Assembly (NCBI GenBank): GCA_964352475.1
Contig: CAYGSL010000023.1
Coordinates: 1 to 57,386 of the forward strand
Direction: 5' to 3'
Source of the DNA: an uncultured Pseudomonadales bacterium
GTDB lineage: Bacteria > Pseudomonadota > Gammaproteobacteria > Pseudomonadales > JAUIET01
DNA length: 57,386 bases
In this document: piece by piece, positions 28,674 to 38,107 of the stretch
Layout of the letters: each line of letters opens with the position of its first letter
Position numbering within the stretch: the first letter of the stretch is position 1
Translations under genes and position numbers: made by a program
The notes under the pieces: generated by a model
What the model saw: only the letters and a program-made list of their open reading frames with translations
What the model was told of the DNA's origin: nothing
Databases searched by the model: none

Positions 28674-29597
28674 CTAGATTTGCGTACGCTCTTGTCGAAG
28701 CGATTCTGCAGCCTGCAATAGCTCCCCAATGTCAGAATCCTCAGTTAGCATTTGCTCAAAAATCTGTTCGACTTCGCCTATTACCTCAGAAAGTTTTGCT
28801 GCGTAGTTTACATGCCAGCTCTCATCAATCTGCCAATGCCTTTTCAAACCGGTGTTTACGTTCGCCAGCGAACTCTCTCTATCGGCTGGCAGCAGTAAAT
28901 CCGCTAACTCAATAGCAACCGCCAAAGTGGCGCCATACTCTGCGGATGCGTATTCTTTGCTACGCACCGTTTGATCACTGTGTCGGACAGATTCAACAAT
29001 GTCGTCGGGCAGCTGCCAGTGACTTAGTAACCAGGCACCCACTTCACAGTGATCGGTACCCAGGCGTGTGTTTTCATATTCGGTTAGTTTGGCGTGGTGG
29101 CGCTGTTCAGCCGGCTTAAGTGAATGATAGAAATCGGCGTCTACTTTATCCAACGCTATGATTCCAATGTCTTGCAGCAAGCCAATAAGAAAGGCTGTTT
29201 CGGGTTTCACTTTGCTTGCTGTCATTGCAATGAATTTTGCTGAAGTTGCTACTAGCAGCGAACGTCTCCAGAAAAGATCATAGTCAATACCGCTTTTGCT
29301 GTTGGCCAAAATTGAGCTGCGAAGCGAAAACCCTAGTGCTACAGCCGTTGCCCGGTCCATGCCTAGGGCTGTGACTGCTTGCAAAACCGTTTGGCTGGCA
29401 GAAACGCGATGAAAAAGAGGCGAATTGGAAACGCCTACTATCCTCGCGGAAAGTGCTACATCGAGAGAGAGAACGTCTGCGAGTTCTTCTGGCGACGCAT
29501 CCTGGTTATCCAGAAGCTCGATCAGTTTTGTAGCAACCAACGGCATGCTCGGCAGCGACGTGGCTGATTGCAGTTTCCTTGCTAAAGAATCGTCCAA
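28674..29597 (-). CDS. Stand-alone HDOD-domain protein
   Basis: LPSMP.VA, D.ALSARI..VSNSP, FWRRSL, AFLIGLLQDIG, HCEVGAWLL.HWQLP. Confidence 0.85.
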   Translation of the reverse strand: MDDSLARKLQSATSLPSMPLVATKLIELLDNQDASPEELADVLSLDVALSARIVGVSNSPLFHRVSASQTVLQAVTALGMDRATAVALGFSLRSSILANSKSGIDYDLFWRRSLLVATSAKFIAMTASKVKPETAFLIGLLQDIGIIALDKVDADFYHSLKPAEQRHHAKLTEYENTRLGTDHCEVGAWLLSHWQLPDDIVESVRHSDQTVRSKEYASAEYGATLAVAIELADLLLPADRESSLANVNTGLKRHWQIDESWHVNYAAKLSEVIGEVEQIFEQMLTEDSDIGELLQAAESLRQERTQI

Positions 29598-29759
29598 CCC
29601 TTATATCCTTTAGGTCATATTTTACAATTCATAGTAGGCGAGTAAGGGGCGCAATCCAAGTGACTTGTGCACATTGCGATAACGGACATTTCAGAAAGCC
29701 AGGCCCTTGATAACGAATACAAAACGCTGTTTGGAAAAATTCGTTTAGAAGCTTCGTTA

Positions 29760-29892
29760 TAGGTCGGTAGTTGACCTAGCCGTCCGATTGAATAGATATC
29801 GCACTTGGTCGGTCTCAGCCTGGCCATACATGTTTATGTATGGCGAGAGTGCCTGTTTGAGAAGCTTATACTACAGGCACAAACCGAGAGTG
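29760..29892. other. Multi-hairpin intergenic element (candidate structured RNA or repeat)
   Basis: Perfect stems TAGGTC/GACCTA, GCCATACAT/ATGTATGGC, GTGCCTGT/ACAGGCAC; the last two closed by CACT..TCGGT/ACCGA.AGTG. Confidence 0.35.
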
Positions 29893-30004
29893 AAATTCGC
29901 GAGCAGAGGCAAGAAGTTGTTGCGATGGAACAAACTCTGGTTTAAGCAAAACCCCTTACAAAAATTGCACACAATGTGTACCTAAACCAAAGGAAATTAC
30001 CCCA

Positions 30005-30502
30005 ATGCCGGAGATTACGCTGCTAGGATGGGCGCATACCATCATCGCAATTGTTGCACTGTTTGCCGGTTTTTATTCACTGCTTGTTTATAGAGTGATA
30101 CGAACGAACCGGCGCGTGGATCAGCTGTATTTGTTGTGTACATTCATTGCCGCCGTTACCGCACTCATGATTTACCAGCACGGTGGATTTGGCCCAGCAC
30201 ATGCTTTAGCAGTATTGACCTTGCTTGCACTGGTGGCCGGCGTAATGGTTACGAAGGTGCAGGCTCTTGCGGGCATGGCAAGCTACTTTCAAGCGTTTTG
30301 CTTTTCATCAACGCTGTTGTTCCACATGATTCCCGCCATCACCGATGGTTTGCTCCGCTTACCTGTGGGAGACCCGATTCTGACTGATCCTGAAGACCCT
30401 TTGCTACGAACGTTCTACTTGTCGTTCGTTGCAATTTTTGTTGTTGGCGCCGTTTTGCAGTTTCGATGGCTTCGTAAAAACAACCACGCGAAGATTATTT
30501 GA
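30005..30502 (+). CDS. Small polytopic membrane protein (DUF2306-like)
   Basis: LGWAHT, GGFGPAH, about 5 TM; AAGGA RBS. Confidence 0.65.
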   Translation: MPEITLLGWAHTIIAIVALFAGFYSLLVYRVIRTNRRVDQLYLLCTFIAAVTALMIYQHGGFGPAHALAVLTLLALVAGVMVTKVQALAGMASYFQAFCFSSTLLFHMIPAITDGLLRLPVGDPILTDPEDPLLRTFYLSFVAIFVVGAVLQFRWLRKNNHAKII

Positions 30503-30600
30503 CGGCTTAGGCCTCTTCAATGCCAGGACTGTCCGTGCCAATGCATTAACGCGAGAACTATTCATTACAATTGTTTTTCTGCGCACCAATAAGCGCAGGT

Positions 30601-31104
30601 TTATCGGGGCAGGCTTCGTAAGCGATGTGTGTACACCGAATCATCCGCATTAAGTATCAACTGATAAACGCGATCGTATTCATTGTTTTCGTCTATCTCT
30701 GCACCGGCTGCTCCACCCAAAGCCTTTACCAGGTCTTGCGTTGTGTCACTATGCCCCGATACGAAATAAATCCCGTGCTTACTGCGAAGAGTGTTTGCCA
30801 GGTCACCGAGACGGTCTGGGTCGTAAACACTAACAGTCTGGTTCAGTACATCAGCAAGGGGTTTGACCGTTGCCTGAGTGCGTATGTAGTCTGTTGAATA
30901 TATTCGTGTAATGCCTGCATCCCGAAACGAATCGGCGTACAGCCTGGCGCGATGTTGGCCTTTTTCTGTGAGCTCTGGATCTTTACCTTGATCCAGCCTT
31001 TTCTCGGCGTGGCGAACGAGGTAAATAACGGTATGTTCATCAGCGTTTGCTATTGGGGTGAGCAGGTAGGCAACGATCAAAAACCACAAGGCTTTAGGCC
31101 ACAT
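30601..31104 (-). CDS. Exported histidine phosphatase (SixA/phosphoglycerate mutase family)
   Basis: Signal peptide; IYLVRHAEK, LT.KG..RA, IYST.Y.RT..T, VSGHS. Confidence 0.85.
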   Translation of the reverse strand: MWPKALWFLIVAYLLTPIANADEHTVIYLVRHAEKRLDQGKDPELTEKGQHRARLYADSFRDAGITRIYSTDYIRTQATVKPLADVLNQTVSVYDPDRLGDLANTLRSKHGIYFVSGHSDTTQDLVKALGGAAGAEIDENNEYDRVYQLILNADDSVYTHRLRSLPR

Positions 31105-31150
31105 TGCTGAATCTCCTTGATTTTGAATCTTCGGTAGCCTCCATCATAGC

Positions 31151-31735
31151 CTAACGCTCCACCCCAATCCGTATTTCCTTGTTTGAGACGAAATACTGGG
31201 GAATATACATATCCGCAAGTTCAGCGCTTCTACTCCGGCCATTTAAGTCGTACACAAGATTGTTAGCCCACCAGTCACTGAGTGAGCCGCCACAACGAAT
31301 ACCGCCGGGCACGCGTTCATGTTGATACATGAAATCGCTTTGAGTGAATTGCATGCCCAGGCACGGCACACTGTGATCCCACCATTGAAAAGCAGGCAAC
31401 AGCAAGTATCCATAGCGCACTTCAACGGCAAGCACGCCAAACTCTCCTTGCTGGGTTCTATTGAAAGGCGGATCAACCACGTGCTTTTCTTTGACAAGGT
31501 CATAGAAGTAGATGTCATCATCGGCCGGTGACACTGCGCGATTTCGAAAAACGAGATACGCCTGATCGTCATCCTGGTAAAGAAAATACCCTTGGTCAGG
31601 CACGTCATTGGTTTTTACAACAACGTACCCTTTGTTTGCAGTACTGCTGATAAACCAAATCAAAAGCACAGCCGCCAGTGCCAGCAAGGCGTAGCGCGTG
31701 TTTTTTTTATGAAATAACTCAGTATCCAAAGCCAA
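31151..31735 (-). CDS. Membrane-anchored hypothetical protein, possibly a degenerate Rieske fold
   Basis: N-terminal TM; C-terminal GGIRC...YDLNGR...MYIPQY...IRIG resembles the PetA tail but lacks CxH/CxxH. Confidence 0.6.
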   Translation of the reverse strand: MALDTELFHKKNTRYALLALAAVLLIWFISSTANKGYVVVKTNDVPDQGYFLYQDDDQAYLVFRNRAVSPADDDIYFYDLVKEKHVVDPPFNRTQQGEFGVLAVEVRYGYLLLPAFQWWDHSVPCLGMQFTQSDFMYQHERVPGGIRCGGSLSDWWANNLVYDLNGRSRSAELADMYIPQYFVSNKEIRIGVER

Positions 31736-31819
31736 ATGCTTGCAGGCCGCTTCTGTTACACTTTAACCGCTGCGCTCAGCAGAAAAAAGTAGACATTGAA
31801 AAGGTTAGACAGTTAGTCA

Positions 31820-32347
31820 GTGAGTATGTTTCCGGTATTGCAGCCACAGAAGCCCTGGTTTTGGAGCCTGTTTATAGCCGCATCATTTGCAATGGTGATT
31901 GGCGCTCTGTTTTTTCAGTACTACCATAACGATCTTCCCTGTGAATTGTGCGTATATGTGCGGGCCTGGTTACTGGGCATTGGCTTACTCGCGATATTGG
32001 GTTTGATTGTTCGTCAATGGCGATGGCCTGCGCTGCTAGTGATTGTTCTTATGTTGTGGCTGACACTGGGACTTGCAGAAGATACCTGGATATTGCTTTC
32101 CATAGACCAGGGTTGGCCAACGAGTGGTGCGTGCTCTTTCGTTGCCTTTTTCCCGGAGTGGATGCCACTGGATAAATGGTGGCCAGCCATGTTCGAAGTA
32201 CAAAATTTGTGTCAACCCACGCCGGTTGTGTTGCTGGGCATATCAATGGCGCATGCTTTGAGTGCGGCGAGCGTTGGCTATGGTGTTTTGCTGATTGTTG
32301 GCGCTGTGCAAATAGCCATGCCTGGTCTTTTCAAGTCTGCTCAATAG
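31820..32347 (+). CDS. dsbB: Disulfide bond formation protein DsbB
   Basis: ALFFQY..LPCELCVYVR, second Cys pair GACSF...FPEWMPLDKWWP.MFE...C, 4 TM. Confidence 0.85.
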   Translation: MSMFPVLQPQKPWFWSLFIAASFAMVIGALFFQYYHNDLPCELCVYVRAWLLGIGLLAILGLIVRQWRWPALLVIVLMLWLTLGLAEDTWILLSIDQGWPTSGACSFVAFFPEWMPLDKWWPAMFEVQNLCQPTPVVLLGISMAHALSAASVGYGVLLIVGAVQIAMPGLFKSAQ

Positions 32348-33141
32348 CCAGCTTGTTGATCTTCCGATTCTTGAGGATTAAGGTAATGATTCGCCAGTTG
32401 GCGAACAGAAGCGGCTAATAAGGAAACATCAACGCCAACCCCCACAAAGTTTGCGCCCAGGCTAATGTAGTGTTTAGCCAGCTTTTCATCAACGGCTAAC
32501 ACGCCGGCGGCCTTGCCAGCTGCTTTAATCGTTGCGAAACCTTGCTCTATAGCCGCCACTACGTCCGGGTGGCCAGGATTACCAATATGCCCCATAGACG
32601 CCGATAAATCTGACGGACCAATAAACACGGCATCTACACCATCTACCTGAACAATCTCTTTCAGATTCTGCATCGCCAGTGCTGATTCAGCTTGAACGAT
32701 AAGGCAGATATCCTCATTGGCCTTGTGCAAGTATCCAGGAGTACCGTTCCAGTGCGCCGCTCGTGCCATAGACGTTCCCAGTCCTCTGTGACCTGCAGGA
32801 GGGTAGTTTACATCTTGTACAAGCTGTTTCGCTTGTTCGGCGGTATCCACCATAGGTACAAGGAACGTTTGTGCGCCAACATCCAGTAGTTGTTTGAGTA
32901 TTGCGGTTCGACCTTCCACAGGTCTTACTATTGCGGGCACACCATACGCTGCAATCGCTTGTAAATGATGCTGCACGTCCATCAGGCTGTAGGGTGCGTG
33001 TTCGCAATCAATCAACAGCCAATCGAAACCAGCGCCTGCAGCAATTTCTGCGCAACTGCTGTGCGGCAGGCCCAACCACATACCATATAGGGGCGTGTTG
33101 GTTTTGAGCGCTTGCTTGAAGATGTTCTTGTTGGCTTTCAT
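32341..33141 (-). CDS. hpaI: 4-hydroxy-2-oxoheptanedioate aldolase
   Basis: GFDWLLIDCEHAP, KQLLDVGAQT.LVPMV, VDAVFIGPSDLSASMG; hpa cluster context. Confidence 0.9.
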   Translation of the reverse strand: MKANKNIFKQALKTNTPLYGMWLGLPHSSCAEIAAGAGFDWLLIDCEHAPYSLMDVQHHLQAIAAYGVPAIVRPVEGRTAILKQLLDVGAQTFLVPMVDTAEQAKQLVQDVNYPPAGHRGLGTSMARAAHWNGTPGYLHKANEDICLIVQAESALAMQNLKEIVQVDGVDAVFIGPSDLSASMGHIGNPGHPDVVAAIEQGFATIKAAGKAAGVLAVDEKLAKHYISLGANFVGVGVDVSLLAASVRQLANHYLNPQESEDQQAGY

Positions 33142-33155
33142 TGGTCAGAGAACCT

Positions 33156-33959
33156 TTATACAAAGTTGCAGTGAATTTCACCAAGCGGTCCATAGTCGGC
33201 TCGAATCTGATCCCCCGCTTTAACCTTGAGAGGGCGAGTGAAAGAGCCAGCCAGTAGGATTTGCCCAGGCAGTAATGCAATACCGTGCGGTGCAAAGCGT
33301 TTTGCGATCCAGCGTATACCATTGGCTGGGTGGTCGAGTACACCCGCTGCCAGACCAGTTTCTTCCAACACATCGTTTAGATAACACAATGCGCCACACC
33401 ATCTCAGGTCTCGGTCGCGTGGTTTGATTCGTTCACTACCCGTGATGATGCCGGCATTGGCGGCATTATCGGATATGGTATCGAACACGGTTCGTGTATA
33501 GCCGGTATCCGGGTGAACGCGATGACTGCGTGCGGCAATGAGTTCCAACGCCGGTACTACATATTCAGTAGCATCCAGTACGTTATCAATGCTGATGTCG
33601 TCGCCATATAATTTATCTTTCAATACAAACGCCAGCTCAACCTCAATTCGCGGGTCAATAAAATCGCTGGCCTGAATGTCTGCGCCGTTCTCAAACTGCA
33701 TATCATCAAGTAGCACACCGTAATCAGGTGTGTCGATTTTCATCGCGTCTTGCATGGCGCGAGAGGTTAAACCAATTTTATAGCCAATAACCTCTCTACC
33801 AGCGGCTACTTTTTTATCAACCCAGGTTTTTTGAATCGCATACGCATCATCCATATCCATGTCTGGGTATGTCATGGTGACTGGGTCTATCGCCTGGCGA
33901 TTGATTTCTGCTGCGTACAGCTCGTCTGCTGCTTGTTGAACCTGTTCTTCAGTAAGCAT
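33156..33959 (-). CDS. hpaH: 2-oxo-hept-3-ene-1,7-dioate hydratase
   Basis: GYKIGLTSRAMQ, PDYGVL, PRIEVELAF, TISDNAANAG, EETGLAAGVLDHPANG. Confidence 0.93.
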   Translation of the reverse strand: MLTEEQVQQAADELYAAEINRQAIDPVTMTYPDMDMDDAYAIQKTWVDKKVAAGREVIGYKIGLTSRAMQDAMKIDTPDYGVLLDDMQFENGADIQASDFIDPRIEVELAFVLKDKLYGDDISIDNVLDATEYVVPALELIAARSHRVHPDTGYTRTVFDTISDNAANAGIITGSERIKPRDRDLRWCGALCYLNDVLEETGLAAGVLDHPANGIRWIAKRFAPHGIALLPGQILLAGSFTRPLKVKAGDQIRADYGPLGEIHCNFV

Positions 33960-34345
33960 TACTTAATGTAATCTCTAATGTTATTTGCATTGTGCCGTAG
34001 TTTTTCTGGCAGCTCATTCATCTCCACGGAAATCGCCAGAGCACGTGACTGATATAGGGCGTTCAAATGCTCCAGCAATACGCCTTTTACCAATTCAAAC
34101 GCATCGGTTTGTTCCTGCTCGCTGCGGCCTGTGCCAATCTTGAAATTAAGATGCACAAACGCATGTTCGGTATCGCCATTGGCAAGGTAATAGTCACTCG
34201 CGCAATACGCTCGGCTGCGCATACCGGCCAGTGGAAAAATTCCGCTGGCGGCTACTTTTTCATGCAAACTCGAAAATAGTTTTTCTATTGCCAAAACTTC
34301 AGTATCCAGATTGGCTGAATACTCCAGGATAAAATGCGCCATCAA
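33959..34345 (-). CDS. hpaF: 5-carboxymethyl-2-hydroxymuconate isomerase
   Basis: AHFILEYSANL, SGIFPLAGMRSRA, AFVH...IG.GRS. Confidence 0.88.
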   Translation of the reverse strand: MMAHFILEYSANLDTEVLAIEKLFSSLHEKVAASGIFPLAGMRSRAYCASDYYLANGDTEHAFVHLNFKIGTGRSEQEQTDAFELVKGVLLEHLNALYQSRALAISVEMNELPEKLRHNANNIRDYIK

Positions 34346-35169
34346 ACAACTCCTAAATCAACAACACCAACAGTGCAACCGACCGCAAAAATCGGTATGG
34401 GGCGGTAGTAATTCACAATGCCTTTAGACCCTTCGGTAGCTCCGGAAATAGCGATGAAATTGCGAATCTCAAATCCACCCTGGCCGGCGTCGAGATAGGT
34501 TTGCTCGTCGGTGTAGTCCAGCAGCGCGGCTTTGTTGTTTTCGCTCCAGCGTTGCAGAAAGTCTTGATCCCACTCGGCATCAATTTTGCCTGAATCCGGA
34601 GTGGCCGGCCAATGAGAGATACCGCCGGTTCCAACAATCGCAATGCGCTCAGGTACGCTCTCGCAGGCTTTTCTTAAGGCTTGGCCAAATGCCCAGGCCC
34701 TGTGCAGCGGCGTTAGTGGTGGCCCCTGGCAGTTTATATTTACGGGTATAACAGGTAGATCATAGCGTGGCGTAAGGAAATGCAACGGCACACTAATACC
34801 GTGATCGAACTTCCACTCTTCGGCATAAGCTAAATCAATGTCACCCATCACATGTTCGATCAGGCGTCGAGATAGGTCGACATTGCCTGGGATTGTTGTG
34901 CGCTGAATGCCAAGCCAATCCGGGTCTTCGATTGGACCGTAGTAATTTTCCGCCATGCCCATGCAATAAGCGGGCATGTTGTTCATAAAGAAGTTAGCGA
35001 AATGCTCGGCGGCTATCACAATTAACGCGTCTGGCTTACTTGCTTCCAGTTCAACACGCATCTGCTCAAGTGCTGCATAAAATGTTTCCACGTCATCCGG
35101 GTCGGCCATGTGTTTACGCCCGGTAATACCCGGCGCATGCGAACAAATTCCTGCGAATACCAGACTCAT
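34342..35169 (-). CDS. Class III extradiol dioxygenase, LigB-like catalytic subunit
   Basis: SHAPG, AAEHFANFF, FDHG..VPL, GTGGISHW, GQGGFEIRN; ATG at 35169 overlaps the upstream stop (ATGA). Confidence 0.87.
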   Translation of the reverse strand: MSLVFAGICSHAPGITGRKHMADPDDVETFYAALEQMRVELEASKPDALIVIAAEHFANFFMNNMPAYCMGMAENYYGPIEDPDWLGIQRTTIPGNVDLSRRLIEHVMGDIDLAYAEEWKFDHGISVPLHFLTPRYDLPVIPVNINCQGPPLTPLHRAWAFGQALRKACESVPERIAIVGTGGISHWPATPDSGKIDAEWDQDFLQRWSENNKAALLDYTDEQTYLDAGQGGFEIRNFIAISGATEGSKGIVNYYRPIPIFAVGCTVGVVDLGVV

Positions 35170-35480
35170 ATCGCTCCCTTGCCGTCGGTGGTGGCGTATA
35201 GCCCGGCACGCACATCGCCGTGTTCTTCCAGACCATCGCGCATAGATTGAATATACTCTGGCCATGCGTAGCCACACATGGCCGCGTAATGCATCAGAAT
35301 TTGGCCATTGACGCCCAGTACGTACAGCAGGCCAATGTCTGGCTTGGTTAATGCATTTTTCTCTTCGTCGGTGAGGGAAAAGTCTTTGAGCACCGAATCT
35401 TTGTCAGCGAAAAACTGCTTTTGCAGATCTTCGCTGCGATTCAATTCGTATAGCAGTTTTTGAACGTAATACAGGCTCAT
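35166..35480 (-). CDS. LigA-like small subunit of aromatic ring-opening dioxygenase
   Basis: MSLYYVQKLLYELN...F..D...L..F.LT.EE..AL...D...LY.LGV...L.H. Confidence 0.75.
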   Translation of the reverse strand: MSLYYVQKLLYELNRSEDLQKQFFADKDSVLKDFSLTDEEKNALTKPDIGLLYVLGVNGQILMHYAAMCGYAWPEYIQSMRDGLEEHGDVRAGLYATTDGKGAI

Positions 35481-35482
35481 AT

Positions 35483-37000
35483 TTATCGACCCAGCGCGGG
35501 TACCTTATGGGTACCGTGTGCGATGCAAACGTTTTTCGTTTCCATGTAAAAATCGAAGCTGTAATCACCACCATCCCGGCCAATACCAGACATTTTTACA
35601 CCTCCAAAGGGTGAGGGCAGGTTGCGATTGTTTTCTGAATTCACCCACAGCATACCAGCTTCCACATGCTTGGCCATACGCATGGCGCGACCGGTGTTCT
35701 CAGTCCAGATGTACCCGGCCAGGCCAAATTCAGAATCATTGGCTAGCTCAATGGCCTGCTCTTCAGAGTCGAAACTGATGCTGGTTAGGACCGGGCCGAA
35801 AATTTCCTCACGTGCAATGCGCATGGAGTTATCGGCGTTAGTAAACAGAGTAGGGGCCACGTAGTTTCCATCACCCAAATCTGCACGACGTTCACCGCCA
35901 ACGGCCACCGTGGCGCCATCTTCTTTGGCAATGCCCATGTAACTCATCACCTTGTTGAAGTGGCCGGTGTGAACCAGCGGGCCTACTTCAGTATCGGGGT
36001 CTAGTGGGTGACCAACGCGCAGATTCTTCACGCGTTGTTCAAGTGCAGCTATAAAGTTGTCGCGAATGCCGGATTGAATCAGTAATCGGCTGGAAGAGGT
36101 ACAGCGTTGGCCGTTTAGGCTGTAAATCATAAATACAACCGCATCCAGTGCGCGTTCAAAGTCGGCGTCGTCGAAAACAATCACCGGATTTTTGCCGCCC
36201 AATTCGAAGTGCATGCGCTTCAAGGTATCCGCGCCCTGGCGCATTATGTGGCTTCCGGTTGCGCTTTCTCCAACCAGGGCAACGGCTTTTATTGCCGGGT
36301 GCTCTGTAATACGCTTGCCGACCTCTTCGCCAAAGCCGTTAACCGTATTCCACACGCCATCGGGAAGGCCCGCGTCTTTGGCTATTTCAGCCAGCAACAT
36401 CGCTGACAATGGTGTTAGTTCAGCGGGCTTATGAACTACCGTACAACCAGCGGCGAGTGCGGGCGCTATTTTCCAGGTAGACAGCATAAACGGCGTGTTC
36501 CACGGCGTAATGATGCCCACCGGACCAATGGGATAACGCATGGTGTAGTTAGTGTGATCGTCTTGATACAAGGCAGCACCATTGGCCGCTTCTGGCGCTT
36601 TGTCTGCAAAGAAGCGGAAGTTGGCGGCACCGCGTATGGCGGCCGCTTTCATAAAGCGAATCGCCTGGCCGCAATCCATTGATTCCACCAGAGCAATTTC
36701 TTCCGCTCGCTCAACTACTTTGTCGGCGAAGTGATGAAGAATTTTCTTTCGCTCCGTACCACTTACATCACGCCAATCAGCGAAGGCCTTCTCTGCGGCT
36801 TCGCAGGCGCGGTCTGCATCTTCTACTGTGCCTTCCACTACTTGGCCTAGTGAGCTCTGATCTACTGGAGTTGTGTTGGTGTAGGTTTTGGCGTTGTCGG
36901 GTACCTCTAACTGGCCGCCAATAAAATGCCCTGTCGTAGTGGTCTGGAATCGTTTTAGGTATTGCGCTGCTTTTGCGGTGTTGTCGTCAAAGTCTGACAT
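35483..37000 (-). CDS. hpaE: 5-carboxymethyl-2-hydroxymuconate semialdehyde dehydrogenase
   Basis: ITPWNTPFMLSTWKIAPALAAG, FELGGKNP, IYSLNGQRCTSSSR, EEIFGPV, PFGGVK.SGIGRDGG.YSF. Confidence 0.9.
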   Translation of the reverse strand: MSDFDDNTAKAAQYLKRFQTTTTGHFIGGQLEVPDNAKTYTNTTPVDQSSLGQVVEGTVEDADRACEAAEKAFADWRDVSGTERKKILHHFADKVVERAEEIALVESMDCGQAIRFMKAAAIRGAANFRFFADKAPEAANGAALYQDDHTNYTMRYPIGPVGIITPWNTPFMLSTWKIAPALAAGCTVVHKPAELTPLSAMLLAEIAKDAGLPDGVWNTVNGFGEEVGKRITEHPAIKAVALVGESATGSHIMRQGADTLKRMHFELGGKNPVIVFDDADFERALDAVVFMIYSLNGQRCTSSSRLLIQSGIRDNFIAALEQRVKNLRVGHPLDPDTEVGPLVHTGHFNKVMSYMGIAKEDGATVAVGGERRADLGDGNYVAPTLFTNADNSMRIAREEIFGPVLTSISFDSEEQAIELANDSEFGLAGYIWTENTGRAMRMAKHVEAGMLWVNSENNRNLPSPFGGVKMSGIGRDGGDYSFDFYMETKNVCIAHGTHKVPALGR

Positions 37001-37045
37001 AGCGTGATCCCCCGGGCTTTATGCCCTTATCTATCGGTAACTTAG

Positions 37046-37130
37046 TAACACGTTAAGCTTATTTCAAAGACAATTCGCCTAATAAAGCTAATAAGTCATT
37101 TATCTATTGCAAATAAGATTAACATGTTAA
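37046..37130. promoter_or_regulatory. Two candidate HpaR operators
   Basis: TAACACGTTA (37046-55) and perfect palindrome TTAACATGTTAA (37119-30) in the divergent hpa promoter region. Confidence 0.55.
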
Positions 37131-37219
37131 ATACTTGTATGCAATTGCTTGGCACACACTGTGCCTGCAGCTTGAAAGCTACTGGCAAGCGGGAAACATC
37201 GGAGATTGGAGAAAGATTG

Positions 37220-38083
37220 ATGCGATTTGTAAGTTACAAGCATAAAGACGCCACGTCATGGGGAGCCATCACCGATAAAGGTGTTGTTGATCTGGGCACG
37301 CGCATGAATATGGATTTGCAAGCCGCGATAGAAAATGATCAATTGGAGCAGGCAAAACAGCTGGCGGGTTCGCAGAGTGCGGATATGGCGCTGGACGATA
37401 TCCAGTATCTGCCACCGATAGCCCGCCCTGAAAAAATAGCCTGCATTGGTGTGAATTACGCGAACCGCAATGCCGAATACAAAGATGGCTCCGAGGCCCC
37501 CAAGTTCCCTAGCGTGTTTATGCGCACGCCTGATTCTTTAACGGCTCACGATCAACCACTGTGGCGCCCGCCCGAGTCTGACAAACTGGATTACGAGGGC
37601 GAGATTGTTGTAGTGATTGGTAAGGGGGGAAGACGTATTTCTGAAGACAATGCCTACGACCACATCGCAGGGCTGACTGTCATGAACGAAGGCACTTTGC
37701 GCGACTGGGTACGTCACGCCAAGTTCAATGTTACCCAGGGTAAGAACTTTGTGCACTCAGGCTCAATTGGACCCTGGTTGGTAACGGCTGATGAATTCAC
37801 AGCCGCTGATTATGAAGACATGCGAGTGACCACAACCGTTAATGGCGAAGAGCGACAAAACGACACTACTGCCAGCATGATGTTTCCCATCAAATACATC
37901 ATTAGCTATCTGTCGCAGTTCTACTTACTGAAACCAGGCGACGTGATTGCCACCGGCACACCCAATGGCGCAGGCGCGCGGTTTGACCCACCAAAGTATC
38001 TTGCGCCTGGCGATATCGTTGAAGTGAGCGTGCAAGGCATAGGTACTCTATCCAACGGAATTATCGATGAGCCTCTCGACTAA
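37220..38083 (+). CDS. Fumarylacetoacetate-hydrolase family protein (probable HpaG-like decarboxylase)
   Basis: KIACIGVNY, LDYEGE, NEGTLRDW, QGKNF..SG.IGPW, PGDVIATGTP; ATG at 37220 after GGAGA. Confidence 0.85.
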   Translation: MRFVSYKHKDATSWGAITDKGVVDLGTRMNMDLQAAIENDQLEQAKQLAGSQSADMALDDIQYLPPIARPEKIACIGVNYANRNAEYKDGSEAPKFPSVFMRTPDSLTAHDQPLWRPPESDKLDYEGEIVVVIGKGGRRISEDNAYDHIAGLTVMNEGTLRDWVRHAKFNVTQGKNFVHSGSIGPWLVTADEFTAADYEDMRVTTTVNGEERQNDTTASMMFPIKYIISYLSQFYLLKPGDVIATGTPNGAGARFDPPKYLAPGDIVEVSVQGIGTLSNGIIDEPLD

Positions 38084-38107
38084 CAGAGCAGATAACAAGA
38101 CCTTGCT

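Noticed and set aside
28523-28915. 130-aa plus-strand ORF
   Set aside because: Mostly antisense to the HDOD gene, with a non-ATG start and no motif
29802-29892. TPP riboswitch (minus-strand GGCTGAGA) or c-di-GMP-I riboswitch (plus-strand ...AAACC...GAAA)
   Set aside because: The downstream CCTGAT/GCGTAGGGA elements of TPP and the GCAAAGCC element of c-di-GMP-I are absent, and there is no thiamine gene nearby
35170-35277. N-terminal extension of the LigB-like ORF in the track
   Set aside because: It overlaps the LigA-like gene; the coupled ATG at 35169 is the better start
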